Positions 19,692 through 35,973 of a DNA stretch of 64,000 nt are shown piece by piece; position 1 is the first letter of the stretch, and each line of letters starts with the position of its first letter. Made by a program: the position numbers and the translations under genes. The DNA comes from an uncultured Nitrospiraceae bacterium. Lineage in GTDB: Bacteria > Nitrospirota > Thermodesulfovibrionia > Thermodesulfovibrionales > UBA6898. Below the pieces are notes generated by a model. The model worked only from the letters and a program-made list of their open reading frames with translations. It did no database searches and had not been told where the DNA came from. The DNA lies in NCBI GenBank assembly GCA_963811165.1, contig CAWEQH010000008.1, positions 160,001-224,000 of the forward strand, read 5' to 3'.

Positions 19692-20014
19692 CTGAATATA
19701 TCATGGTTCTTATTCCCGCCTCAAAGGAAGACGAGGCGGCGCGGATCGCACGGGACATCGTCTCATCCCGGCTGGCTGCGTGCGTAAATATTGTTAAAGG
19801 GATACGCTCCATCTATCGCTGGCAGGGAAAGATTGAAGACGAAGACGAGGTCCTCATGATCGTCAAAACCAGGCGGGATCTTTTCGGGGAGCTCAAAAAG
19901 AGGGTGAAGGAACTCCACAGTTATTCTGTCCCCGAGATCATTGCGCTACCGATCGTTGAAGGGTCCGAAGAATATCTTAAATGGCTTCAAGAAGAGACCA
20001 AAGAGAAATCCTGA
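19688..20014 (+). CDS. cutA: divalent-cation tolerance protein CutA
   Basis: LAACVN, SIYRWQG, HSYSVPEII motifs. Confidence 0.95.
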   Translation: MTEYIMVLIPASKEDEAARIARDIVSSRLAACVNIVKGIRSIYRWQGKIEDEDEVLMIVKTRRDLFGELKKRVKELHSYSVPEIIALPIVEGSEEYLKWLQEETKEKS

Positions 20015-20036
20015 TCGGATGCGTAATTCATAATAG

Positions 20037-22459
<2,423 letters not shown>

Positions 22460-22470
<11 letters not shown>

Positions 22471-22577
22471 ACCTCCCCTTTCAGGGGAGGGGTAGGCATT
22501 CGGACTCCTTCATGCCATTGTCAAAGGCGGGGCGTGCCTTTTTTTTCCCCCCTGATAAGGGGGGGAGAGGTGGGGTT
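22460..22577. repeat. double-hairpin palindromic element, copy 3, at the 5' end of the DUF559 gene
   Basis: Terminal IR AACCCC/GGGGTT. Hairpins CCTCCCC-TTTCA-GGGGAGG and CCCCCC-TGATAA-GGGGGG. Confidence 0.75.
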
Positions 22578-22751
22578 GGTCTTTGTGTATATCTTTCATT
22601 TCTATCTTTCTATTATCCCCAGAAAATGCCTGTCGGATCACGGGCGATCTCCGCAACTAACCTCGAATTGCTTTTGATTCTAAAATTTTCCCCCATATAT
22701 TGCAACAATTATTCCGGAGGATTAGTCAGTATGTGAAGGGCATTACAGCCC

Positions 22752-23180
22752 CTACTTCGGCACCCAAACCTTCCCTTTATCGATTATATGCTCGACAAGC
22801 CAGCCCCTTTTCTGGAGCTCTCTGGAAATCCACTTGCGGTGGCATTTCCACGGGAACCGCTCTGCGCAGACAATGACCGAGGTCTTTTCCTTTGCGACTG
22901 TTTCTACCGCATCTATCCCCTTCTGAAAATCCTCTGTGACGAGATAGGCGACATAGCCGCCTTTTCTGAGGCCGCCGAGTTCTTTGCCAAGGAAATGGTA
23001 TTCGATCCCATGCATAGGGAGAAGTTCTTCAAGGCTATCCCTATGAAAAAGGGGGATCTTGCTTCGCGGGAAACTCCTTACGTCTAAAAAGGCCTCTATC
23101 CCGTAGCTGAGAAGTATCTCTATGAAATCCTCCCTGCTTCTCCTGCCTGTCCCGAGGGTATAAATATTTTTTTCCTGCAT
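22752..23180 (-). CDS. DUF488 family protein
   Basis: IYTLG, DVRSFPRS, LGGLR, CAE..PWKCHR motifs. Confidence 0.9.
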   Translation of the reverse strand: MQEKNIYTLGTGRRSREDFIEILLSYGIEAFLDVRSFPRSKIPLFHRDSLEELLPMHGIEYHFLGKELGGLRKGGYVAYLVTEDFQKGIDAVETVAKEKTSVIVCAERFPWKCHRKWISRELQKRGWLVEHIIDKGKVWVPK

Positions 23181-23254
23181 TATTAATAAGATAGCATGAA
23201 TATTAGTTTTTTTCCCTTGACAAGAGCGGCATTTTTCGATGAGAATTACTGCGT

Positions 23255-24526
23255 ATGCAAAGATTAAAAAGTTTTCACTTCTTAGTTTTTATCACACTGA
23301 CCCTGGTCTTAATCTTCCCTGTTTTCTCAAGTGCAGAAGAGAAGGCAAACGAGGGGGTGCTGCTGGCCTCTTCATCTGATGCTTCTTCTTCGCCTTCTCC
23401 TGTTGCTTCTGTCCAGGAGGAAAAGACACCTGAGAAGGCTACTGAAATTTCGGCGTTTAATTCATCCGCCTATAATTCCAACGGTACCGCATCGAAGGCG
23501 GTCGAAAAGAATGTCGGGTTCTTTAGCACAAGGATCAGGGACAAATTCTCTTTATGGCTCAGCAGGTCCGGGCAATATCTCGATCTGATGAAAGAGATAC
23601 TCAGGAAAAAAGATGTCCCGGAAGACATTGTCTTCCTTTCACTGATAGAAAGCGGATTTAACCCCAACGCCTATTCGATTGCGAAGGCGGTCGGGCCCTG
23701 GCAGTTTATCGCTTCCACGGCCAGGCGGTATGGCCTTCAGATCAACTGGTGGAAGGACGAAAGGAGAGATCCGGTAAAATCCACCACTGCAGCTGCGGAC
23801 TACCTAAAGGACCTTTACGGGATGTTCGGCTCATGGAACTTTGCTATGGCAGCCTATAACGCGGGCGAGGGCAAGATCCTCAGGGCAATCAAGAAAAGCA
23901 GGGCGGACGATTATTGGGACCTCCTGGACACCAAGCAGATAAGGACGGAGACGAAGGAATATGTCCCTAAATTTATCGCGGCAAGCCTTATCGCGGCTAA
24001 TCCCGAAGACTTCGGATTCCATGATATAGAATATAAAGAGCCCCTGAGCTATGACGAGGTCGAACTTGACTCCCCCGTCGATCTCGCGGTCGCTGCAGAA
24101 TGCGCCGGCACCGAGCTTGAAGTGATAAAGAAGCTCAACCCGGAGTTAAGGAGATGGTGCACACCGCCGGACGTCGCGAAGTACTCGCTGAAGGTCCCGC
24201 AGGGGACGAAGGACGCCTTCCTGGAGAAACTGTCGTCAGTCCCTGAAGAGGAGAGATTTACGATCGACAGATACACTGTGAAAAAGGGAGATACCTTCAA
24301 GAAGATAGCCAAGATGAAAGGGGTCCCCGAATCCGTGATCCTGTCTCTAAACTCCATGGAAAAGATTATGCCCCTTAAGGCCGGCAGCAAAATATATCTG
24401 CCTCCCAAAGGCCTTTATATCGCGGATGCCGATGACAGGTCCCCGCTGAAAAAAGTTTCCCACCATACGCATAAGAAGAAAAAGTCCTCTTTAAAGAGAT
24501 CCAAACGACGCGGCAGAAAGGTCTGA
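23255..24526 (+). CDS. mltD: lytic murein transglycosylase with LysM (MltD-like)
   Basis: IESGF, AVGPWQF, AAYNAGEG, ET..YVPK, LNPEL motifs; LysM YTVKKGDT. Confidence 0.88.
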   Translation: MQRLKSFHFLVFITLTLVLIFPVFSSAEEKANEGVLLASSSDASSSPSPVASVQEEKTPEKATEISAFNSSAYNSNGTASKAVEKNVGFFSTRIRDKFSLWLSRSGQYLDLMKEILRKKDVPEDIVFLSLIESGFNPNAYSIAKAVGPWQFIASTARRYGLQINWWKDERRDPVKSTTAAADYLKDLYGMFGSWNFAMAAYNAGEGKILRAIKKSRADDYWDLLDTKQIRTETKEYVPKFIAASLIAANPEDFGFHDIEYKEPLSYDEVELDSPVDLAVAAECAGTELEVIKKLNPELRRWCTPPDVAKYSLKVPQGTKDAFLEKLSSVPEEERFTIDRYTVKKGDTFKKIAKMKGVPESVILSLNSMEKIMPLKAGSKIYLPPKGLYIADADDRSPLKKVSHHTHKKKKSSLKRSKRRGRKV

Positions 24527-24565
24527 GTCGGCCCGGCCTGCACGGTCAATTCATAAATTTCTTAC

Positions 24566-25258
24566 TTATTTCTTCTCTGTGATCTTTGCCTGCGCCTCTG
24601 CGAAAAACGGCGAATCTTTAAATTTGTCGGCGAGCTCCTTATACTTTGCCAGCGCCTCTTCCTTCCGGCCGTCGCTTTCGAGGATCCGGGCGGACTCGAT
24701 AAGTGCGAGATCTTTATAAATAGTGCCGTTGGCCTTGTAGAGTGAATCAAGCGCCTTCAGCGCGTCGGCCTTATCTCCCTTTTTGAGCTGTATGTCGGCC
24801 ATCTTCTGGTAAGCCAGGGGAAGGACATCGCTGTCAGAGGAATAGTTTTTTACAAGTTGATCGAGGCCCTTTAATGCGTCGTCGTATTTGCCAAGTTCCG
24901 CGTTGGCGGAAGCGATGTAGAAGAGCAGTCTTGCGGATTTCTTTTTGCGATAAGCCTGCTGAAACAGGTCGAGGGCCTTTTGGACCCTTTCCTGTGAGGA
25001 AATCGGTTGCTTCTGATATTCGTTGTAATAGACTTTATACGCCTCGTACTCCAGCTGCCGCGCCTTTTCTCCCTCCGAGTACTGATAAAAGAAAAAGCCT
25101 GCTACGGCGACGATAACAACCGCGATAACGGCCCCGTAGGTGAGCACGGTTTTTTGTTTTTCCTTGAATCGGTCTTTGATGCCGGAGAGTCTGTCTACGA
25201 CCTCGTTCTCAACCCCGACATTTTTTTTCTTTGTTTTTTTCTTGATAACCCGCGGCAT
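24566..25258 (-). CDS. membrane-anchored TPR protein (YfgM-like)
   Basis: Single TM segment followed by TPR-like helices. Confidence 0.75.
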   Translation of the reverse strand: MPRVIKKKTKKKNVGVENEVVDRLSGIKDRFKEKQKTVLTYGAVIAVVIVAVAGFFFYQYSEGEKARQLEYEAYKVYYNEYQKQPISSQERVQKALDLFQQAYRKKKSARLLFYIASANAELGKYDDALKGLDQLVKNYSSDSDVLPLAYQKMADIQLKKGDKADALKALDSLYKANGTIYKDLALIESARILESDGRKEEALAKYKELADKFKDSPFFAEAQAKITEKK

Positions 25259-25914
25259 TAAGCCCTCCTTAGTACTCTCTCTATTAGATGTTTTGAATTT
25301 TCAAATACGGAATCTATCCTGTTTTCCTCTATGCCTGCAGCCAACAAAATGCTCCTTGCCGTCTCTGCCGTGATGAGGTCGGAGGGACTGTGACTGTCGG
25401 TGTTGATGCAAAGAGGTACACCGAAACGCATCGCTTCCTTTGCTACGTAGCCGTTGGCCAGCGAATGTCCTTTACGCGAAGTTATTTCAAGGAAAACGTT
25501 TTTTTCCTTTGCCAATAGCAGGTCCTCGGTGGATATGAGGCCGGGGTGGGCAATTATGTCTGCACCAGCCTGGATTGCTGCCCTGTTTGTCCCTTTTTTA
25601 ACGGGTTCTACGATTGTCTCGCCGTGGACGATGATGATCTTTGCCCCCAGCCGCCGCGCCTCCTTGACCAGATCGGGAATAAGTTCGGGGGGAACGTGGG
25701 TTATCTCTGCGCCAGGCAACACCTCCAAAGAAACCAGGGGCCTGATCTTCTCGATGGCCTTAACGATCCTCGGGATGATAAAATCCATATTAGAGGCATC
25801 CATGTGGTCGGTGATAGCAAGGGCCGTATACCCCATATTCTCCGCTCTCCGAATGAGCTCGAAAGGGATGAGTTCTCCGTCGCTGAATACCGTGTGGGTA
25901 TGCAAATCTATCAT
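25258..25914 (-). CDS. PHP domain protein (histidinol-phosphatase-like family)
   Basis: DLHTHT..SDG, ITDH, HGET, AHPG, NTDSH motifs. Confidence 0.9.
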   Translation of the reverse strand: MIDLHTHTVFSDGELIPFELIRRAENMGYTALAITDHMDASNMDFIIPRIVKAIEKIRPLVSLEVLPGAEITHVPPELIPDLVKEARRLGAKIIIVHGETIVEPVKKGTNRAAIQAGADIIAHPGLISTEDLLLAKEKNVFLEITSRKGHSLANGYVAKEAMRFGVPLCINTDSHSPSDLITAETARSILLAAGIEENRIDSVFENSKHLIERVLRRA

Positions 25915-26190
25915 CCTAAAAAGATACAGGAAGATGGAGAAAAATGTAAAGCGATCCGAAGCGCTTCAGAGTTCTGCGGGAGGATTTCCTATTATAGTGT
26001 AAGGCAAGATGTGGGCTCGACCCCTTCCGCAGATCGATATGTAGGGTTTTTTCCTACAAGGGACCCAGTATATTTCCTACAGGACAATGGGGCGTAGTCT
26101 GATTTATTGTTGAACGGCTGAGGAGTATTCTAAAGCTGTATGATGAAGCCAGCATCGTTGTCTCGCTTTAGGAGGAAAAGTAGCCTGATT

Positions 26191-26538
26191 ATGGAGAAAA
26201 ACGCTTCCGGAGAAGAATTTAAGAAGCCAATGAATTGCTGGCAATATATGTCGTGCGGAAGAGAACCCGGCGGGGCCCATACGGGCCGCTTCGGCGTCTG
26301 TCCTGCCTCTACAGATAACAGACTCGACGGTGTTCACGGCGGTAAAAACGCGGGAAGAGCGTGTTGGGTTGTGAACGGCTCTTTCACGAAGGAGGCCGGC
26401 GAGACGGCTCTTGTCAGAGGTAACAAGGGCTGTAGGACGTGCGATTTTTATAATGCCGTTCATTTTGAAGAAGGCAGGTATACTTGGCCCACGCTATTCC
26501 TTCAAAAATTACTGGCGGGGGGGAAAAAGCAGCCTTGA
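26191..26538 (+). CDS. Cys-rich 'two-CW' domain protein
   Basis: NCWQYMSCGR..GVCPA..GGKNAGRACW..CRTCDFY. Confidence 0.75.
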   Translation: MEKNASGEEFKKPMNCWQYMSCGREPGGAHTGRFGVCPASTDNRLDGVHGGKNAGRACWVVNGSFTKEAGETALVRGNKGCRTCDFYNAVHFEEGRYTWPTLFLQKLLAGGKKQP

Positions 26539-26599
26539 AATCGTTGTTGCCAGTCGTTCATACCTGGGGTCCTTGGGCGAAAAATCGTTAGGCGCGTGG

Positions 26600-27328
26600 C
26601 TAGAGTGCCGCTGCTCTTGCCAGCGTCAGCACCACTACCTCAGAAGCACCTGCCTTTATCAGCTGCCTGGAGCATTCGTTTGCCGTAGCACCGGTCGTCA
26701 TCACGTCATCGACGAGCATTACACGGCTGTCGGTGAATCGTCTTGTTGCGATGAATGTCCCTTTTAGGTTCTTTATGCGGTCTTTGGCAGAAAGACCGAT
26801 CTGGGGAAGGGTTTCGGCCTTCTTACACAGCCCGTCTATGATAAGAGGGATGTCTTTGCTGTCCGAAATGGTTTTCGCCAGGAGAAGTGACTGGTTGAAG
26901 CCGCGGCTTCTCAGTGCTCCGATGCTTAAAGGGACAGGGACGATGGCCTGGATACCGGTTGTGTCGAAGTCGATGAGGAATTTCCCCAGAGGTTTGGAGA
27001 GCCTTTTCACCCCGTGAAATTTGAAGAGATTGATCGCCTCTGAAAGCGTTCCTTTGTATATCCCAAAACTCATCGCCTTCGAAAAAAGAGGGGGTTTCCT
27101 CAGGCAGTCGGAGCATAATTGAGCGTATTCCGATGAAAATGGGGTTGCACATACTTTGCATGAGGGACCTGCGTATTTCTCGATTCCGGCCCAGCACCCC
27201 GCACAGAAAGGGGCGGTCGTGAGCGTGTCAGTGGTATGGCCGCAGACCGGACAGTCCGACGGGAAAAGGTGGTTTATGATTTTCGGTATCAACCCTGAAG
27301 GAAGAGAGGATGACCGCATTTTCCACAC
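26600..27328 (-). CDS. comF: ComF family phosphoribosyltransferase
   Basis: Double Zn ribbon, RGFNQS, LVDDVMTTGAT motifs. Start uncertain. Confidence 0.9.
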   Translation of the reverse strand: MWKMRSSSLPSGLIPKIINHLFPSDCPVCGHTTDTLTTAPFCAGCWAGIEKYAGPSCKVCATPFSSEYAQLCSDCLRKPPLFSKAMSFGIYKGTLSEAINLFKFHGVKRLSKPLGKFLIDFDTTGIQAIVPVPLSIGALRSRGFNQSLLLAKTISDSKDIPLIIDGLCKKAETLPQIGLSAKDRIKNLKGTFIATRRFTDSRVMLVDDVMTTGATANECSRQLIKAGASEVVVLTLARAAAL

Positions 27329-27788
27329 GCATGACCGACCGCAACCTTAGCCCTGCTCACCTTATTTCTTGCATCACAGTGACCGCAAGCCACAACTATA
27401 TAGGCGACGAGGTCCGGCTTCATGACCGCCCCTGTCGCATCCGGTCTTTCTGTGTCGGCAGCGGGCTGATCTGCCTCCTCTTCAACCGGGAAAAAAGTAT
27501 CCAGGAATTTGGTGTACGAGGCATCTTTTTCGGTGAGTTCGATGCCCATGCCGTTTTTGAGTGATACAACCGGTGTCTTCAGTGCCCGCCGCACGGTTCC
27601 CTTTAACTGTGAAGTTCCGTCAGGGAGGTGGATGAGAATGTCCAGTAGGGTGCCGATGGAGAAAGCGTGGTTTGTTCTTATGAAGAGTCCGCTTCGGGAA
27701 AGATCGCTCGATATCCCCCTGTAGTTCTTGCCCTCAGCCGAGAATTCGGTCTCAAGGCGTCTTACGAAGCGATCATGTCGTCGCTTAG

Positions 27789-27792
<4 letters not shown>
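27289..27792 (-). CDS. PilZ domain protein with C-terminal Zn ribbon
   Basis: RRHDR, DLSRSGLFI, GMGIEL; C-terminal CGHC...CGKC. Confidence 0.82.
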
Positions 27793-29077
<1,285 letters not shown>

Positions 29078-29119
29078 TTCATAACCTCTCTTGATCATTA
29101 TTTTAATTTTTCCCCCGCC

Positions 29120-30702
29120 TTAAAGGCATATCTGTTTTACGGACAAGATATTCGGCAGCTTTCTGATTTCCTCGATTACCTCAGGAGTTGAGCTGAATCG
29201 ACGCTGACCACGGAGATGGCCATGCCCCCGGCGGATTCCCTGCCGAAATGCATGCGTGCAATATTGATGTTGTTTTTGCCCATCAGCGTGCCGAGATTGC
29301 CGATGACCCCCGGCTTGTCATTATTATAGATCAGCAGAAGTACCCCTTCAGGCACGATCTCGACCTTGTAATTGTCTATAAGTATGATGCGCGGGTCCTT
29401 TTTGCTGAAGAGCGTTCCGGCAACAAAGATTTCCGCGTCTTTCGCCTTTATCCTAAGGGCTATCATGCTCTGATAATCTCCGGCATCGCTGCTCTTGATC
29501 TCCTTTACCTCAATGCCCCGCTCCTTGGCGATAAACGGCGCGTTGACGAAATTGACTGTTTCAAGGAGGATCGGGCGTCAGATATCCCTTGATGGCCGCG
29601 ATGGTCACAGGCGCGGTATTGATGTTCGCCGCGTCTCCGTGATATTCGACAGTGATTTCTGTTGCTCCGCCTGTCGAATATCTGCGACGGAAAACTCGCC
29701 CAGCTTTTCAGCCAGAGTTATATAGGGCTGAAGGCGCGGGACCTGATCGCTCGGAATCGAAGGAAAATTTACGGCGTTGCTTATTACGCCGCAAACGAGA
29801 TAGTCGGCGATCTGTTCTGCAACTGCCAGCGCGACATTTTCCTGGGCCTCTTCGGTCGATGCGCCGAGATGCGGCGTGCAGACGACATTGTCGAGTGTCA
29901 GGAGCGGATTATTTTCAGGCGGTTCTTTTTCGAAAACATCGAGTGCCGCCCCTGCCACCTTGCCGCTCTTAAGCGCCTCGTAGAGGTCCTGTTCATTGAT
30001 GATTCCTCCGCGGGCGCAGTTGATTATCCGAACGCCGTTTTTCATTGTGCTTATGGTTTTGAGTTTATTACTCCCTTTGGTTTCAGCAGTCAGCGGAGTA
30101 TGGATGGTGATGAAATCAGACTGCCCTAAATAGTTCGTCTAGGGAGACTTTCCTTATGCCCGGTGGCCTTTGCCTTATCTTCGCTGAGGAATGGATCATA
30201 GGCGATGACGTTCATCTCGAGCCCCTGGGCCTTTTTCGCCACCTGGCTGCCGATATTGCCCAGGCCTACGACTCCCAGCGTCTTATGGTAAAGCTCCACA
30301 CCCATGAATTTCTTCTTCTCCCATTTGCCGGCCTTCATGGAGGCAGTTGCCTGGGGGATCATTCGGGCGACGGCAAAGAGCATTGCCATGGAATGCTCGG
30401 CCGTGGTGATTGTATTGCCTCCCGGCGTGTTCATCACAACAATGCCTTTTTTCGAGGCGGCGGCCTTATCGACATTATCAAGGCCCGAGCCGGCCCTCCC
30501 TATCACCTTGAGCTTCGACTGCGGCTTCGATGATCTCGGAGGTCACCTTGGTGGCAGAACGGATTACCAGGCCGCCATAATCGCCGATGCAGGCCTTGAG
30601 TTCTTCCGGTTTCATGCCTGTCTTGACATCGACTTCCAGCCCGGCCTTTTTCAGTATTTCAACGCCCTTGGGAGATATATTGTCGCTGACAAGAACTTTC
30701 AT
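29120..30702 (-). CDS. serA: D-3-phosphoglycerate dehydrogenase (several indels)
   Basis: Fragments IRSATKVT, GRAGSGLDNVD, INCARGG, TPHLGASTEEAQ and the ACT domain NDKPGVIG. Confidence 0.93.
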
Positions 30703-30717
30703 TAAATTTTTATCCTC

Positions 30718-31856
30718 CTAAACCATTAATAATTCCTGGGCAACAGCAACGCCTGTGCCGAGCTTAAGCGGATGGCCCATGCCTTTAAGCACCATCTCGA
30801 CCCCTGCTATGGCTGTTATGACATCGAAGGTGCCTGCATATCCGAGATGCGCGATCCTGAATATCTTGCCTTTTGCATGTCCCTGCCCGCCTGCTGCGGT
30901 AATGCCGTATTTTACCCTCAGGTTCTTATATATTTCCTGCCCGTCCATGCCGGCAGGGGCGTTTATCGCCGTGACAGAGCAACTTGGGGATTCTTTTGTA
31001 AACATATCAAGCCCGAGGGCCTTGACAGCCTCCCTGGTTGCATGCGCAAGCCTTTCATGTCTTTTAAAGGCGTTTTCGAGCCCCTCTGCCTGGATGATCT
31101 TCAGGCTTTCGTTAACCCGATGATAAGGGTGACGGGAGAGGTAAAATTCGTCTGGTTTCTTTCGAGCTGTTTCCGCTCTTTCTTGAAATTAAAATAGAAT
31201 TTCGGAGACGTGGACTTCTCCGCAAACGCCCATGCCTTTTCACTCACTCCAATAAAGGCAAGCCCGGGGGGCAGCATAAGCCCTTTCTGCGAGCCGCCGA
31301 TCAGGACATCTATGCCCCACTCATCCATCTTAAGGTCATGGGCGACCAGCGCGGATATGGCATCGACCACGAAGATGGTATTTTCATATTTTTTTACGAT
31401 AGCGGCAATTGCCTTGATGTCATGGTATACGCCCGTAGATGTCTCTGATGCCTGCACAAATACACCTTTTATCGAAGGGTCTTTTTTCAGGGCCTTTTCA
31501 ATATCTTCGGGTTTGACCGTATATCCCCAGTCTATCTTTATCTCCTCGACAGAGAGGTTGTAGGCCTTGCATATCTTTGTCCAGCGTTCGCCGAAGTTGC
31601 CGGCATTGATCACGAGGGCCTTGTCGCCGGGGCTGAAAAAATTATTGACAGTGCCGACCATGCCGCCGGTGCCTGTTGAACAGATGATGAGGACATCGTT
31701 CTTTGTCTGGTAGAGCCACTGCAGTCCTTTTTTGGCTGAATCGAGCACAGGGAGAAAATCAGGCGACCTGTGGTGTATGATCGGCATGGCCATAGCAAGC
31801 AGCGCCTCTGGCGGAACAGGCGTCGGCCCAGGGGCCAACAGATAACGTTTTAACAT
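30718..31856 (-). CDS. class V PLP aminotransferase (serine-pyruvate/alanine-glyoxylate type; indels near the 3' end)
   Basis: PGPTPVP, ETSTGV, VDAIS, GSQKGLMLPPGL, FRIAHLG motifs; upstream of serA. Confidence 0.9.
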
Positions 31857-31961
31857 AAAACCTCCTTTATACTTTAGGGATTAATTTATAGGATTGGTCA
31901 AATCTGAGAGGCAGATCTCCTATCCCTAGCTCTGGAACCCGAAGTTACACTTAAGCTTTGA

Positions 31962-31991
31962 AAATTAGCATTAGAGAATCTTTTTTGTCAA
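31962..31991 (-). promoter_or_regulatory. sigma70 promoter for the aminotransferase-serA-purA operon
   Basis: TTGACA-18 nt-TAATTT with TGn on the minus strand. Confidence 0.5.
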
Positions 31992-32041
31992 GGAAAGGGA
32001 CTTTACAACAATTCCCAGTCAGACTATTATAATGAAATACA

Positions 32042-33518
<1,477 letters not shown>

Positions 33519-33608
33519 AAAACCGTAGACATAATCAGCGCAGAACAAATCTCTCTTGGGAATTGTCTTTTTTTCTCATATAATTCTAAGTAAAGGGGAG
33601 GTGAGGAA

Positions 33609-34613
33609 ATGATTCTCATATTTAGAGTAGCCGTACTTTTTCTGTTTGGAGTTTCGGGCTATTTTTGGGGTCTGAGATACGGGTATGATAATTACGGGAT
33701 TATTCTGGCGGCATTGTTGGGCCTTATCACTATTTATTCGGACCAGATACTGAAGAAGGTAAATGTCGGCACCATCATCGGCGGAATTATCGGCATTGCA
33801 GCGGGGATACTCTTCGCGGAACTTTTCCTCGTTCCTATAAAGCTGTTAGTCAGAGAGGATGGAGAGGTGGTCTCATTTGCCCTTACGGCGGTCTTCGGTT
33901 ACGGAGGTCTCGTCATAGGGCTAAACAGGGGAAGGGGAATGACGATGCCGGAGATTTTTAGGCTCCTGAGGGGCAAGGGGTATGAAGAGAACCTCAAGAT
34001 CCTCGATACGAGCGTGATCATCGACGGCCGGATATCCGATGTCTGCGAGGCCGGTTTTCTGGAAGGTACCTTTATCGTCCCCCAGTTTATCCTGCAGGAG
34101 CTGCAATATATCGCCGATTCTCAGGATGCGACGAAGAGGGCACGCGGCAGGAGGGGGCTGGATGTCCTGCATAAAATCCAGAAGATGTCCAATATTACGG
34201 TAAAGATAATCGATGAAGACTTCCCCAAGATTAAAGAAGTCGATGCCAAGCTGGTCGCCCTTGGGAAGATGATGAGCGCGAAGATAATCACTAATGATTT
34301 CAACCTCAATAAAGTGGCCCAGCTCCAGGGAGTGGCTGTGCTTAATATCAATGAACTGGCAAATTCCCTGAAGCCCGTTGTACTGCCCGGAGAGACGATG
34401 CGGGTCTTTGTGTTGAAGGAAGGGAAGGAGTATAATCAGGGCGTGGCGTACCTCGACGACGGCACGATGGTGGTGGTCGAAAACGGCCGCAGGTTGATGG
34501 GGAAAAATATAGAGGTGACGGTGACCAGCGTTCTTCAGACGACGGCGGGGCGGATGATTTTTGCGAAGGCCAAAGAGGAATACGAGAAAGAGGAGGCAAA
34601 GACTGCGAGATAG
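33609..34613 (+). CDS. membrane PIN/TRAM domain protein (YacL-like)
   Basis: [40 protein letters not shown] motifs; upstream of ispD. Confidence 0.93.
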   Translation: MILIFRVAVLFLFGVSGYFWGLRYGYDNYGIILAALLGLITIYSDQILKKVNVGTIIGGIIGIAAGILFAELFLVPIKLLVREDGEVVSFALTAVFGYGGLVIGLNRGRGMTMPEIFRLLRGKGYEENLKILDTSVIIDGRISDVCEAGFLEGTFIVPQFILQELQYIADSQDATKRARGRRGLDVLHKIQKMSNITVKIIDEDFPKIKEVDAKLVALGKMMSAKIITNDFNLNKVAQLQGVAVLNINELANSLKPVVLPGETMRVFVLKEGKEYNQGVAYLDDGTMVVVENGRRLMGKNIEVTVTSVLQTTAGRMIFAKAKEEYEKEEAKTAR

Positions 34614-34628
34614 GAGGAGCGCCCTCGG

Positions 34629-35327
34629 ATGAATGAGAAAATCACCGCGGTCATACCCGCTGCGGGGCTTGGCAGGAGGTTCGGAGACGGAGCGAACAAG
34701 CAGTTTTTGATGCTTGGCGGCAAGCCGCTCTTAATTTGGGCCATTCAGGCACTTGAGGGGTTGCCCGATATATACGAAATCATCCCGGTCCTTAAAGACG
34801 GGGACATGGAATCAGGGATCAGGATGATCGAGGAATACGGGATCAAGAAGGTGAGGCGCATAGCTCCCGGGGGGAAAGAGAGGCAGGACTCGGTCTTTCA
34901 CGGCCTCAAAATCGTAAGCAATAAAGAAGGAATTGTGATTGTGCACGACGCCGTCAGACCCCTTATAGAGCCCTCTTTAGTCGCACACGCGATAACCCAG
35001 TTGAAGGACTGTGAGGGTGTTGTCGTTGGGGTCCCCGTAAAAGACACGATCAAGGAAGTTGAAGAGGGAGAGGTAAAACGTACGTTGAGGAGGGACGGGC
35101 TCTGGTCGGTGCAAACCCCGCAGGTATTTCGTTATGAGACGATCTATGAGGCCTATGACAGGGCCGTTAAGGAGTCTTTCTACGCGACAGACGATTCGGC
35201 GCTTGTCGAGAAATACGGCGGCAGGGTACGGATGGTGATGGGTTCCTACAAAAATATCAAGATCACTACGCCGGAAGATATGAAGATGGCCGAGTTGTTC
35301 CTCGAAATGAGAGAGATCAAGGCATGA
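34629..35327 (+). CDS. ispD: MEP cytidylyltransferase
   Basis: AAGLGRRF, GGKERQDSV, HDAVRP, QTPQ, TDD, KITTPED motifs. Confidence 0.96.
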   Translation: MNEKITAVIPAAGLGRRFGDGANKQFLMLGGKPLLIWAIQALEGLPDIYEIIPVLKDGDMESGIRMIEEYGIKKVRRIAPGGKERQDSVFHGLKIVSNKEGIVIVHDAVRPLIEPSLVAHAITQLKDCEGVVVGVPVKDTIKEVEEGEVKRTLRRDGLWSVQTPQVFRYETIYEAYDRAVKESFYATDDSALVEKYGGRVRMVMGSYKNIKITTPEDMKMAELFLEMREIKA

Positions 35328-35794
35328 GGATCGGTTTCGGATACGATTCTCACCGGTTTGTCGAAGGACGAAAGCTTATTATAGGCGGGGTCGAAATCCC
35401 GCATGAAAAAGGCCTGGGAGGACATTCCGATGCGGATGTGCTCTGCCATGCGATCGCCGACGCGGTCTTAGGAGCGGTCGGTCTCGGTGATATCGGGACG
35501 CATTTCCCTGATACCGACGAGAAATGGAAGGACGCGGTAAGCGTCGAACTTCTTAAGTATATCGTTGATCTTGCGAGGATGAACGGTTTCCAGGTAGTCT
35601 GGGTGGACTCGACGATCATCGCGGAACGACCGAGACTTTCTCCGTATGTTTCAGAGATGAAAGAGGTGCTTTCCAGTACCGGCATTCCCTCAGGGGTCAT
35701 AAACATCAAGGCCAAGACGAACGAGGGGATGGGGTTTATAGGGCGCGGCGAGGGGATCGCCGCGTACGCGGTATGTCTGCTCGGCAAGGTGTAA
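35324..35794 (+). CDS. ispF: MECDP synthase
   Basis: RIGFGYDSH, HSDADV, DIGTHFPD, KAKTNE motifs. Confidence 0.97.
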   Translation: MRIGFGYDSHRFVEGRKLIIGGVEIPHEKGLGGHSDADVLCHAIADAVLGAVGLGDIGTHFPDTDEKWKDAVSVELLKYIVDLARMNGFQVVWVDSTIIAERPRLSPYVSEMKEVLSSTGIPSGVINIKAKTNEGMGFIGRGEGIAAYAVCLLGKV

Positions 35795-35973
35795 TCCCGG
35801 TGTTGTTTTTCACCCCTTGAGGCCCGGGTCTCTCACGGGAGCGGCGGTCGATTATTGTCGACAATGCCGGGGCGGGGCCTCCATGTAAAAGCTACGCGGC
35901 GGGTTCCTCAGAGGGCGCCTTTTATCGGGTCGAACTCCGGCCATAATCGGCGAAGATCCGGGGATATCAGAAG

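Noticed and set aside
35795..35973. GC-rich spacer after ispF as an ncRNA
   Set aside because: I could not match it to any RNA family or find a convincing long stem.
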